Shown: in pieces, positions 51,179-60,583 of the stretch
Numbering within the stretch: the first letter of the stretch is position 1
How the letters are laid out: each line of letters begins with the position of its first letter
Assembly: GCA_963677595.1 (NCBI GenBank)
Contig: OY782041.1
Coordinates: 768,001 to 832,000 of the forward strand
DNA from: Spirochaetia bacterium
GTDB taxonomy: Bacteria; Spirochaetota; Spirochaetia; CAKZLE01
Direction: 5' to 3'
Length of the DNA: 64,000 nucleotides
Translations under genes and position numbers: made by a program
Notes under the pieces: model-generated
Database searches by the model: none
The model's input: the letters and a program-made list of their open reading frames with translations, nothing else
What the model was told of the DNA's origin: nothing

Positions 51179-52249
51179 CTACTCCCGCTCCTCCGTCATA
51201 CTGACGTGCTGCCCTTCCTTGAGGAAGTGCTGGCCGTCTATGATGAAGAGGTAGTCCCTCATCTCCGCGGGGATGACGAAGGACACATCATCAGAGGCTT
51301 CAGGGGAGATCCTCCGCTGGTGGGCCGTGCTGGTCTTCTCATCCACGTACCAGAGGGTCCCCTCACTCGCGAAGGTCGCATAGGGCAGCACATAGACCCC
51401 CGTGATCTCCTCCAGGACACAGTCCGCATCGAGGTACATACCGGGGGTGATCCCGTCAGGCTGGTCGAGCGAACAGGTCACCTCGAAGGTCTTCGTTGCG
51501 GGATCGATGAGCGGGGCGACCCGGACTACCCTCCCGCTGAGGACCCGCTGCGGGAGGTCGGGCCGGTGCAGGCTGATCTCGACAGCCGTGCCGGGGGAGG
51601 TGAACTCATCATAGTGGATCTCCGGGATGCTGATCTTCACCAGGAGCTTCTGCAGGTCCGAGACGGTGACGATCGGCACCTGCGGCCCGACGAGGGACCC
51701 CTCGGAGGCTTGTCGGATCAGCACGGTACCTGATACCGGTGCCATGATCTCCGTATAGGAGAGCTGGAGCTGTGCGAGTTCATACTGGGAGAGATAGGCC
51801 TCATACTGGGCCTTGGTCTGGTCATAGGTCTGCTTGGTCGCAGCCCCGGTGGCGAAGAGGCTCTCGACCCGCTTGAAGCTCGACTCGGCAGAGATATAGG
51901 CAGCTTCTGCCTGGTCGACCTGGAGTTGGTAGGAGGTCGTGTCGATCTTCCCGATGAGCTCTCCTTTATCGATGGTGTCTCCCTCCTCGACGAGGAGTTC
52001 ATCAAGCCTCCCGCCCACCTGGGGCAGCACGGTCACCATGCTCTCCGGCTCAACCACACCGCCGCTGGATACGACCCTGCGGATCGAGGAGAGTTCAGGC
52101 CGTATCGTCTCGACCACCGGGTCCGGGATCACCGCCTCAGGCTCCTCCTCCACGGTGCGGTTGTTCCAGTACCAGACACCGATGAGTATGATGAGACCCA
52201 ATATGATATATTTAAGCAAGCCCGTAAAGAACCGTTTCACACGCAGCAT
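51179..52249 (-). CDS. RND membrane fusion protein
   Basis: N-terminal TM, VEEGDTI, IMAPVSG, IDPATKTF; ATG 52249 after GGAGG. Confidence 0.93.
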   Translation of the reverse strand: MLRVKRFFTGLLKYIILGLIILIGVWYWNNRTVEEEPEAVIPDPVVETIRPELSSIRRVVSSGGVVEPESMVTVLPQVGGRLDELLVEEGDTIDKGELIGKIDTTSYQLQVDQAEAAYISAESSFKRVESLFATGAATKQTYDQTKAQYEAYLSQYELAQLQLSYTEIMAPVSGTVLIRQASEGSLVGPQVPIVTVSDLQKLLVKISIPEIHYDEFTSPGTAVEISLHRPDLPQRVLSGRVVRVAPLIDPATKTFEVTCSLDQPDGITPGMYLDADCVLEEITGVYVLPYATFASEGTLWYVDEKTSTAHQRRISPEASDDVSFVIPAEMRDYLFIIDGQHFLKEGQHVSMTEERE

Positions 52250-52311
52250 ACCTCCGCCTGTTCTCATCTTATCGTCAGGGAAGCTCTCCTGTCAGATACC
52301 ATCTGTAAGGA

Positions 52312-52337
52312 TCACAGGTGACGATTGTCACCTGTGA
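52312..52337. promoter_or_regulatory. Perfect palindrome, probable response-regulator site
   Basis: TCACAGGTGAC-gatt-GTCACCTGTGA between the divergent RND operon and TCS. Confidence 0.6.
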
Positions 52338-52390
52338 AGTATGCTGCCTGTCATATAGGAAACCGGCAGGTCGTATGGTATAGTGTCATT

Positions 52391-53641
52391 ATGAAACCGA
52401 GAGGTGTGGTGCCATACGAACCGGGACTCATTATGATCTTCAGGCTGTTCTGTGCAGCGGTTGCATTCATCCTCTTCATCTTCGCGGCCTTCCCGCCATC
52501 CTTCTACACCGTCTTCCTCCGGACCCGGGTTTGGCTCGGGATGGGCTCCGCCTACGCAGTCGTTGCGGCCTACCTGATGATCCCGAGGGTACGGGCCTGG
52601 ACAGGCCGCTACTTCCTCCAGCCGCCGATCATCGCGACGATCATCATCCCGATCTTCAGCCTCAGCTGGCAGCCTCCCTTCTACCTAGATGACCTGGTCA
52701 GTCTGAGCATGACGACTTCCTACAGCCTCTCCATCCTCCTGCTCTTCCCCTTGATCATCACCGCATGGCAATACAACTTCAGGATGGTCATCATCCTCTT
52801 CGGGGTACTCGGGGCCATGGACCCCCTCATCTACCTGATCTCCCTCGGTCCCCAGGACAGCAGGGTCATCGCCTATCTCTACTTCTCCCTGATCAGGATC
52901 GTCGCCTTCGTGGCTATCGGCTTCATCATCACGGAGCTGATGAAGAACCAGCGGAAGCGCCAGAGTCAATTGATCGAGATGAACAACCGCCTGAAGCTCC
53001 AGGCAGACGTGGCACTCGAGCTCTCCGCGGCACGGGAGCGCAACAAGCTCTCCCATGAGCTGCACGATGTACTGGCACATACCCTCTCGAGCCTTGCTGT
53101 CCAGCTGGAGGCAGTGAAAGCCTCCTGGGAGACCGGCGGGGAAAAGGTCGAGACACTCCTCGACAAGGCGCTGGATAATACCAGAAGAGGGCTGAAGGAG
53201 ACCCGGACGGTGGTGAAGAACCTGCGGTCCGAGCCTCTTGTCGACGTTGGGTTCAACGATGCGGTGAGGCTCCTCACCCGGGACGCGGAACGGAGGGGGG
53301 ACTTCACCGTCCAGCTGGATCTCGAGGAGAGCATTGACGACTGGGAGTATGAGACGATCCACGGGATCTACCGGATCATCCAGGAGGCTCTGCAGAACAC
53401 GATCAAGCATGCCGAGGCGGACCTTGTGGAGATCAGCCTCACGGAACCTGAAGCGGGTATGACTGAGATCCGTATCTCCGATGACGGGAAGGGGTTCACC
53501 ACCCCGAAGCTCGCTGACGAGTACCATTTCGGGATCAATATCATGAAGGAGCGGGCCCGCTCCATCGGTGCTGAGTTCAGCATAAGTTCAGCTGAGGACT
53601 CCGGTACTCAGATCCATCTCAAGTTCAGGAGAAGCCAATGA
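52391..53641 (+). CDS. Membrane sensor histidine kinase (HisKA_3)
   Basis: About 6 TMs, ERNKLSHELHDVLAH, QEALQNTIKHA, DDGKG. Confidence 0.93.
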   Translation: MKPRGVVPYEPGLIMIFRLFCAAVAFILFIFAAFPPSFYTVFLRTRVWLGMGSAYAVVAAYLMIPRVRAWTGRYFLQPPIIATIIIPIFSLSWQPPFYLDDLVSLSMTTSYSLSILLLFPLIITAWQYNFRMVIILFGVLGAMDPLIYLISLGPQDSRVIAYLYFSLIRIVAFVAIGFIITELMKNQRKRQSQLIEMNNRLKLQADVALELSAARERNKLSHELHDVLAHTLSSLAVQLEAVKASWETGGEKVETLLDKALDNTRRGLKETRTVVKNLRSEPLVDVGFNDAVRLLTRDAERRGDFTVQLDLEESIDDWEYETIHGIYRIIQEALQNTIKHAEADLVEISLTEPEAGMTEIRISDDGKGFTTPKLADEYHFGINIMKERARSIGAEFSISSAEDSGTQIHLKFRRSQ

Positions 53642-54297
53642 TCAGGATCTGCATCTGTGATGACCAGGATATCGTGCGGGAAGGACTGCAGACCATCCTC
53701 GACACCGCCAGGAACATCGAGGTAGCCTTCACGGCTTCAGACGGACAGGACCTGATCGACAGGCTCGAAGCCAGCACCGGCTCCCTGCCGGAATTGATCC
53801 TCATGGATCTGAAGATGCCGATGAAGAACGGGATACAGGCGACGAAGGAGGTCCTCCATACCTGGCCTGAGATAAAGGTCCTGATCCTCACCACCTATGC
53901 CGATGACGAGTGGGTCATCGACTCCATCAAGGCCGGTGCCTCGGGCTACCTGCTCAAGGATACCCCCAAGGCAAAGCTCATCGACGCGATCAGCGGAACG
54001 GTAGCAGGCAACACCTATGTCGATCCCTCCATAGCGGGAAAACTCCTGCCGCTCATACAGCACCAGCCTGTCTCAATGAAAGTCCCCTCCCATGACCTCA
54101 CGGACCGGGAACGGAAGATCCTGTTATACATCGCGAAGGGATTGTCCAATACCGAGATCGGGGAACGGCTCTTCCTCTCGGCAGGGACGGTACGGAACTA
54201 TGTCAGTGCGATCTTCACGAAACTCGAGGTCTCCGACCGCACCGAGGCTGCCATCGCAGGCCTGCGGGAGAGCATCTTCACCCTTGATGAGATATAG
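53638..54297 (+). CDS. NarL/LuxR family response regulator
   Basis: DDQDIVREG, LMDLKMP, GYLLKD, LTDRE...GLSNTEI. Confidence 0.95.
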   Translation: MIRICICDDQDIVREGLQTILDTARNIEVAFTASDGQDLIDRLEASTGSLPELILMDLKMPMKNGIQATKEVLHTWPEIKVLILTTYADDEWVIDSIKAGASGYLLKDTPKAKLIDAISGTVAGNTYVDPSIAGKLLPLIQHQPVSMKVPSHDLTDRERKILLYIAKGLSNTEIGERLFLSAGTVRNYVSAIFTKLEVSDRTEAAIAGLRESIFTLDEI

Positions 54298-54336
54298 AGA
54301 TCTCCGAGATCTAAGGAGTCTACTGATTCCCGGGAT

Positions 54337-55374
54337 CTACTGATCCCATGGATCCCACGGGTAGGCTGCAGCGGCTGCAGCGATCTGGTCATCAGTCACC
54401 TCATGAGTGATCGCAAGATCCCCGGGATACTTCACCAGTGAGAGGAACCGCTCACCCGTCAGGGAGCGGAGCAGGTCCCCGTCGATCCCATCTGAAATGA
54501 GTCTCCTCACAAGGTGCAGGTAGCCGGAGAATCCCGGGATCCCTGAGGCTCCCGCAGCCTTGTCTGCGAGGGTATGTGGAGCGTGGTCGCTCTCGATCCA
54601 GTCGATCCTCCCGGAGAGGAGCATCTCATAGATCCGTTCCTGGGCTGCAATATCCCTGAGGGGCGGGTTCATCTTCAGGAGGTTCCCCCTCTGGTCAGCA
54701 GCTTCGCTGTTGAGCAGGGCATGGTGCGGTGTGATACCGCAGCTGATGGTACAGGTGACCCCTTTCTCCCGCATCTCCTCTATGTACTCGACCGTGTCAG
54801 GGTGGCTCACATGGCAGACATGGAGGATGCCGGAGAACCCTGCGTCTTGAGCGAAGGATACCTGGTCCTTCACCGATGCAAGTTCCGCTGCTGCAGGACG
54901 TGCCAGACTGTGGCTCTCCGGATGGGAGGGATCCCAGAGCTCGGGATGCAGTTCCGACTCCTTCTCGCAGTGGACTGCGAGAATACCCCGGTACCCGTAC
55001 CCGGCAAGCTGCCGATAGATCTCCCGCTGGGCTTCTGTATCGAGGATCCCCATGTTGCCGGTCGAGTGGCCGGCGAACAGCTTGAATCCGATCACCGTCG
55101 GGAAGAGCTGCTCATAGAGCTCGAGCATGGCCTGCCGCTGGGCATAGTCATTGGTCAGTCCCGCATAGAGCCCATAGATGAAGTTATCAGGCAGGACCTT
55201 CCGGGCATCGGCGATCCTGCGCAGGACAGTCTCCCCGCTTGTCAGCGGGGGAGCGGTGTTTGGCATCTCGAAGAGTCCCGTAAGACCTGATCTGAGGGCT
55301 GTCTCCATACCGTTCCGGAGAGTCTCTTTGTCCGACTGTTCCCAGTCACGAAGGTGTACATGGGGATCTATCAT
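54337..55374 (-). CDS. pyrC: Dihydroorotase
   Basis: IDPHVHLRD, EMPNT, KMNPPLR, SDHAPH; in pyr operon. Confidence 0.93.
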   Translation of the reverse strand: MIDPHVHLRDWEQSDKETLRNGMETALRSGLTGLFEMPNTAPPLTSGETVLRRIADARKVLPDNFIYGLYAGLTNDYAQRQAMLELYEQLFPTVIGFKLFAGHSTGNMGILDTEAQREIYRQLAGYGYRGILAVHCEKESELHPELWDPSHPESHSLARPAAAELASVKDQVSFAQDAGFSGILHVCHVSHPDTVEYIEEMREKGVTCTISCGITPHHALLNSEAADQRGNLLKMNPPLRDIAAQERIYEMLLSGRIDWIESDHAPHTLADKAAGASGIPGFSGYLHLVRRLISDGIDGDLLRSLTGERFLSLVKYPGDLAITHEVTDDQIAAAAAAYPWDPWDQ

Positions 55375-57086
55375 AGGAGCTCCGGTGCATGGGTCTTGAG
55401 GAAATCGAGCCGTACGAAGGTCCCGTACTGACAGGTCAGCCGGTCACCGCAGGCACACTCCCCGCACATGCCGATACCGCAGAGACTCGGGCGTTCCATC
55501 GAAAGGAAGATCCGCTCATCGGGGATCCCTCGCCTGCTCATGAGCTCTGAGGCCCTGCTCATGAAGACCTCCGGGCCTATGGTATAGAAGGCACAGTCTT
55601 CCCCTGTCTCAAGCTCCTCTTCCATGACGGAGATGACCCTTCCGGGGATGCCGTTGTCATAGACGGGGATGAACTTCCCATACATTTGCAGTTCATCCTC
55701 GAGGAGGGCTTTAGGAGTCTCCCCCTCATTACCGGATGCCCCATAGTAGCAGGTGATGGCTGTTCCCTCCCCTGCAAGTCTCTTCACCAGTGAGGGGACT
55801 ACCGCGATGCCGGTTCCCCCTGCGAGGATCACCGCCTCTTTCGTGCCGGCAGTCTCGACCGGTTCCCCGTAGACTCCCCGGACATAGATCGTATCCCCCG
55901 CCGTGATATCCATCATGGCATGGGTGAATTCACCCCGGTCCTTGATGATGAAGGTCAGGGGGCTGCTCTCCGCGATCGAGAAGGGTTTCTCCCCGACTCC
56001 CGGCAGCCAGATGAAGGCGAACTGCCCCGGACCACACTCCAGCTTCCCGTCAGTGTAGAACACCTTCACTCCCGGGCTGTGTTCGACCACCTCGGTCACG
56101 GTGCAGGGAGTGAACTTCATCTGCTCATGGTCGTAGAGATATGCACCAGCGGTGTTAGATCCTGAGACGGCATCCTCAAGCAGTGCCGAGGTATAGGCTG
56201 CCCAGTCCCGCTGGTGGACCCTGCCGAAGGCGCTGCCGATACCGATGGTATCGGCACCTGCCTGCTTCATGGCCCTGATATCTTCGGCTGAGGAGACTCC
56301 GCCCATCCCGATGATGGGATACTCCTCACCGATAGCGTCACGAATCTGTGCGATGACTTGGACGGCACGTTCACGTACCCAGTCGCCGCTCATGCCGCCC
56401 TTGCCGCCGATCTTGTTGTTCAGGATCGGGGCCCCGGAGTGCTCCTCTACGTAGAGTTCGGGCCCCACGGTATTGATCGCCGCGATGCCGTCGGCACCTG
56501 CATCGATCAGTGCCTTGGCGATCCCCCCGATATCTTCCACGTTGGGGGTGAGTTTCGGGATGATCAGCGCATCGAACCCATCGCCCACGGCTTCACGGAT
56601 ACGCCTCATGTACTCGGTCGCGATGTTCACATCACAACCGATGCTCGAGCCGAATCCGGCCGAAGCATGCGGACAGGAGAAGTTGAGCTCGATCAGATCG
56701 GCGACCGGCTCGAATGCCTTCACCAGGCTGATGAAATCCTCCGGAGTGGATGCCGAGACTGACACATTGAGCAGGGCCCTGAGGTCGATGCGTTCCCGCA
56801 ATTCCTCCAGCTCCCTGACAGCGATGGCCATCCCGGGGTTACGTAAGCCCACGGAGTTGCCGAAGTTACCCCTCGACGGCTCGGTGATGATCGGTTCCCG
56901 ATTACCCGGGTTCGGCACCACCTGGTAACTCTTGGTGGTGATCAGCCCGATCGCGGGCAGCTCCCGGTCGATATACTCGACCAATTTTGTCTTGGTCGAT
57001 GCGACCCCTGAGACGGTCCCCAGGATATAGGAATCCCTGGTATGGTTGCCTGCAAGCAGGTTCTTCACGTACTCCTTACTATTCAA
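55371..57086 (-). CDS. Fused dihydroorotate dehydrogenase PyrD - electron transfer subunit PyrK
   Basis: N-terminal TKS, GNREP, NSVGLRNPG, NFSCPH, KLTPN; C-terminal PGQF, KPFS, AGGTGIA, CGIGMCGEC. Confidence 0.88.
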   Translation of the reverse strand: MNSKEYVKNLLAGNHTRDSYILGTVSGVASTKTKLVEYIDRELPAIGLITTKSYQVVPNPGNREPIITEPSRGNFGNSVGLRNPGMAIAVRELEELRERIDLRALLNVSVSASTPEDFISLVKAFEPVADLIELNFSCPHASAGFGSSIGCDVNIATEYMRRIREAVGDGFDALIIPKLTPNVEDIGGIAKALIDAGADGIAAINTVGPELYVEEHSGAPILNNKIGGKGGMSGDWVRERAVQVIAQIRDAIGEEYPIIGMGGVSSAEDIRAMKQAGADTIGIGSAFGRVHQRDWAAYTSALLEDAVSGSNTAGAYLYDHEQMKFTPCTVTEVVEHSPGVKVFYTDGKLECGPGQFAFIWLPGVGEKPFSIAESSPLTFIIKDRGEFTHAMMDITAGDTIYVRGVYGEPVETAGTKEAVILAGGTGIAVVPSLVKRLAGEGTAITCYYGASGNEGETPKALLEDELQMYGKFIPVYDNGIPGRVISVMEEELETGEDCAFYTIGPEVFMSRASELMSRRGIPDERIFLSMERPSLCGIGMCGECACGDRLTCQYGTFVRLDFLKTHAPELL

Positions 57087-57096
57087 TCATCTCTCC

Positions 57097-57984
57097 CTAT
57101 GCAAGTGCCTCTTCGATCTCGTCATTGAGCTTCCGCAGGTTCTCGAGTACCACATCAGCCCAGTCCTCGGGTATATCCCCGCCCTTCCAGGGATGGGTGA
57201 TCCCGCTCGAGCTGTTGATCCGTGCCAGCGGCAATTCATAGCCTGCCTTCTTCAGCCTGGTCACGACCTCGGAAGCGCTCCCTCCCTGGGAACCGACGCC
57301 CGGGATGAGCAGCGGTACCGGGGAACCCGAGGATGCATAGCGGGCAGCCACCATCTCGAGCTCATCAGGGCTCGTCGCCCCGACGACCGCGCCGATCCCC
57401 TCATGGATGCGACTCCAGCCGATGATGGTGTCAGCGACCTTGAGGTAGAGGTCCTCATCACCTGAGATGAGGTTCTGCAGGTCCTTCCCCCCGGGATTCG
57501 AGGTCCTGTTCAGGATATAGATCCCCTTGCCTTCTACCATGAAGGGGGATACGGAATCGGTCCCCATGTAGGGGGATACGGTCACGGCATCTGCCTGCCA
57601 GCCGTCAAAAGCCTCGATCGCATAGTTCAGGCTCGAGCGCGCGATATCGCCGCGCTTGGAGTCGAGGATGACCGGTACCCCGGGGAAGAAGTTCTCGAGC
57701 ATCTCGATGAGGTCCGCCAGGGCTAACGACCCGGTGAAGTCCTCCTCGAGCGGCCGGTCAAGGGCGCTGTAGTACCCGATGTTCGGCTTGAAGGCCCCGG
57801 GGTAGACCCCGAGGAGGTTCATCTCCTTGAAGATCGTCCTGAAGAAGGTGTTCAGGTCTGCCCGGACGGAGTCTGTCCGTACCGGCAGGTACTCGACGAT
57901 CGGGTCGAGGCCCATGCAGACCAGGGACCTGGTATGGGCATAGCTCTCACGCAGCTGGTCGACATAACTCTGTTTCTTTTCCAT
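57097..57984 (-). CDS. pyrF: Orotidine-5'-phosphate decarboxylase
   Basis: CMGLDP, FKPN, LDSKRGDI, RTSNPG, VVGAT, PGVGSQGG. Confidence 0.95.
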   Translation of the reverse strand: MEKKQSYVDQLRESYAHTRSLVCMGLDPIVEYLPVRTDSVRADLNTFFRTIFKEMNLLGVYPGAFKPNIGYYSALDRPLEEDFTGSLALADLIEMLENFFPGVPVILDSKRGDIARSSLNYAIEAFDGWQADAVTVSPYMGTDSVSPFMVEGKGIYILNRTSNPGGKDLQNLISGDEDLYLKVADTIIGWSRIHEGIGAVVGATSPDELEMVAARYASSGSPVPLLIPGVGSQGGSASEVVTRLKKAGYELPLARINSSSGITHPWKGGDIPEDWADVVLENLRKLNDEIEEALA

Positions 57985-57988
57985 CTGT

Positions 57989-58693
57989 CTACCTCTCTAC
58001 TTTCGGGAATCCGTTGGCTTCACCCCATCCGAAGGGGTCCTGCTTCCACTGCGTCAGCAGCGCTGCAGCAGTCTTGTCGATATACCCGGTCTCCACTGCC
58101 GCCTCCACCATGATATCATAGGTGAGGATGGTGATGGGCGTACAGGCCGGATCCAGGACTGCGAAGTTATCAAGAGCAGCCTGGAGGCCGTAGGTGAAGA
58201 TCGCTAGGCAGTAGGGTACGTTCCCGTCTGATGCGGTGATCGCCTCAACCGCCTTGATGGATGATCCGCCGGTCGAGATGAGGTCCTCGATCAGGACGAC
58301 GGACTGCCCCTCATAGGTCCCGCCAACGGGGAGTCCCTCGATGGCGTTCTTGAGGCCGTGACCCTTGCTCGATGACCTGATATAGGTCAGGGGCAGCCCG
58401 AGTCGGTCTGCGAGGGTAGTCGCATGCGGTATCCCCGCGGTCGCCGTCCCTGCTACTGAATCCGGGGTGACCTCAAGGGCCTCGAGCAACTGGAAGAACC
58501 CTTCGGCTACCAGGGCACGCACCTCGGCATCCCGCAGGAGCTGTCGGTTGTCGTTGTAGATGGGCATCCGGTAGCCGGAAGCCCACTGGAAGGGTTCGGT
58601 CGTGTTCAGCCTGATCGCACCCATCGCGAATGCCTTCTGTGCCAGTGACAGACCGATGGTCTGCTGTATCTCTGTAATCCGATCAGTGTTCAT
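57989..58693 (-). CDS. pyrE: Orotate phosphoribosyltransferase
   Basis: WASG...PIYNDNR, GTATAGIPH, LIEDLISTGGSS. Confidence 0.95.
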   Translation of the reverse strand: MNTDRITEIQQTIGLSLAQKAFAMGAIRLNTTEPFQWASGYRMPIYNDNRQLLRDAEVRALVAEGFFQLLEALEVTPDSVAGTATAGIPHATTLADRLGLPLTYIRSSSKGHGLKNAIEGLPVGGTYEGQSVVLIEDLISTGGSSIKAVEAITASDGNVPYCLAIFTYGLQAALDNFAVLDPACTPITILTYDIMVEAAVETGYIDKTAAALLTQWKQDPFGWGEANGFPKVER

Positions 58694-60285
58694 TATGCCT
58701 CCCTCTCTGTCCAGATCTCTTTAAATGAGTGGTGTTTCCCACAATATTCACATACAAAATGGTCGGTCTCGGTCTTCCAGAAGAAGGCCGGTACTCCCTC
58801 GTCGTGCGACGGATGGGAGATGCAGTTCGGGTTGCTGCAGGCCAGGTCCTCGAAGTTGTAGATCTTCGGGGGCAGGTGCATCCGGTACTTCTCCTTCACC
58901 TCCCCGTTCTCGATGATGTTCAGCGTCGAGCCAGGGGCCAAGGCTGCGAGCCGCTTGAGCGAGGTGAGGTCGAACTGCTTGATCTCCGGGCGGAACATGA
59001 TCCCCTTGTAGGACTCACCGGACTGCGAGGTGGAGACCCAGTCACCGCCCTTGCCGTAGAGGCCGAGGACCCTCGTGATCGTCACCATATGGGCGCGGAT
59101 CTCGCTGGTGGTATCCCCCTTCCCGATGTGGTCGATGACCACCCCGTCTGCTATAGGATGTACTCCCTCAGAGTACTGTACTGACTTCTTTGCTGCCTTA
59201 GTCTCGACCTTCTCGATGAACTCGACCTTATCGGTTATGGTCTGCTCTTCCTGCTGCGGAATGAACTCACCGCCGATCTTCCCGCTGAAGAGCCCGAGCA
59301 GTACGATCCGCACGAGCATGCCGTTGGAAGACTGTCGCTCCCAGCCGTTGAGCGGGGTGCTGTCAAGGAATGCCGGGATCACCGGGTGCGATTTATGCCT
59401 CGGGAGCGGATGGTAGAACTTCGTCCCCTCCTTGATGCGGTCCACATGGGACTGTCGGCAGGTGATGCTCTTGCGCAGCTCATCCTGCTTCTGCAGGATC
59501 CTGTCTCCCATCCTCTCGAGCTGCGGGCGGGTGAAGTACCATTTGTCCGCGACATCATCCTGTGCGAGGTACTCATCGATCGAGGCGAAGGTCCTGACCT
59601 CGTAGCCGTGCGACTGCATGGTCTCCACATAGGATTCCGGCATCGCCAGCTCCTCCGGTGCGATCAGGTCTATCTTCACCTCCTTGAAGATCGTCATACC
59701 GTTCGCCTTGGAGTGGACCGTCCTCCCGTGGAAGAGGTCTCCCACTAAGGCGAGGTGGATCGAGTCGGTCAACCAGTCGTTATCCTCAAGGAAGGTGTAT
59801 TCATCGAGGAGCTCCTGGGTCGGGTGCTCATGCTTGCCGTCCCCGGCATTGATGAACGAGGGGCTGAAGGGCAGGTTATTTCGCTCTGCATAAGCTGCAG
59901 TCTCCTCCTGCAGCCATCGGCACACCCCCTCGAGCTTGCTCCGGATGATGAATACCCGGTTGTCATAACCGGCGAGGGTGTTGAAGGTATCGGCGTAGCT
60001 CTCTCCCTTGTTGAAGGAGGAGCTGTCCGTGCTCAGCGAGGAGAGCTTCACCCGGTGGAACTTCGCCGCATTCTTGAAAGACTCACGGGTCCTCGTGCTG
60101 TCCTCGAGGAACACTTCGTAGATCCCGAAGTCGGGATCATCGATCCGGTAATCGGCAAGAATCTCCTCATCACCGGCCGCGATCGCTTCCTTGAGCTCCC
60201 TCGTCTTCCTGAACAGATACATCCGTTCTTCATTGGACAGGTCATTGATGACAGCCAGGGTCCTTCCCTTAAACACATGCTCCAT
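58693..60285 (-). CDS. pyrBI: Bifunctional aspartate carbamoyltransferase catalytic + regulatory chain
   Basis: EDSTRT, NAGDGKHEHPTQ, HPLPR; C-terminal GVVIDHI and CSNPNCIS...CEYC; ATG 60285 after GGAGG. Confidence 0.93.
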   Translation of the reverse strand: MEHVFKGRTLAVINDLSNEERMYLFRKTRELKEAIAAGDEEILADYRIDDPDFGIYEVFLEDSTRTRESFKNAAKFHRVKLSSLSTDSSSFNKGESYADTFNTLAGYDNRVFIIRSKLEGVCRWLQEETAAYAERNNLPFSPSFINAGDGKHEHPTQELLDEYTFLEDNDWLTDSIHLALVGDLFHGRTVHSKANGMTIFKEVKIDLIAPEELAMPESYVETMQSHGYEVRTFASIDEYLAQDDVADKWYFTRPQLERMGDRILQKQDELRKSITCRQSHVDRIKEGTKFYHPLPRHKSHPVIPAFLDSTPLNGWERQSSNGMLVRIVLLGLFSGKIGGEFIPQQEEQTITDKVEFIEKVETKAAKKSVQYSEGVHPIADGVVIDHIGKGDTTSEIRAHMVTITRVLGLYGKGGDWVSTSQSGESYKGIMFRPEIKQFDLTSLKRLAALAPGSTLNIIENGEVKEKYRMHLPPKIYNFEDLACSNPNCISHPSHDEGVPAFFWKTETDHFVCEYCGKHHSFKEIWTEREA

Positions 60286-60312
60286 GGATACCTCCTCTCT
60301 TCTCATCCGGGC

Positions 60313-60415
60313 AAAAAAAATGCCGGTCCTAATAACCGACGTTTACATATCATGAACAGAAAACCATGACTGGACCACACATGTGCAGCCTGCTACGTCA
60401 TTTCGTCTCCTGATC
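60313..60415 (-). promoter_or_regulatory. pyr operon leader with terminator (attenuator-like)
   Basis: GUCGGU/ACCGGC stem plus U8 tail 27 nt upstream of the pyrBI start; alternative stems; AGGAG-ATG ACG TAG mini-ORF. Confidence 0.6.
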
Positions 60416-60530
60416 CTATTCATACTCTATCTATACCTATTATTCCTTATCTGAACCTATTGTACCAGATTTCTAGCGAATATAGCAATAACTCTTTACT
60501 TGGTCAAGAGGAAGCAGGGGCACAGACGTG

Positions 60531-60562
60531 AAAAAGGGAAGCCCGTTTTAAGGACTCCCCTT
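60531..60562 (-). terminator. Intrinsic terminator
   Basis: Imperfect GC stem followed by a T-tract, downstream of the 60584 gene. Confidence 0.55.
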
Positions 60563-60583
60563 CTCTACGTCTGCTTCTCCACC

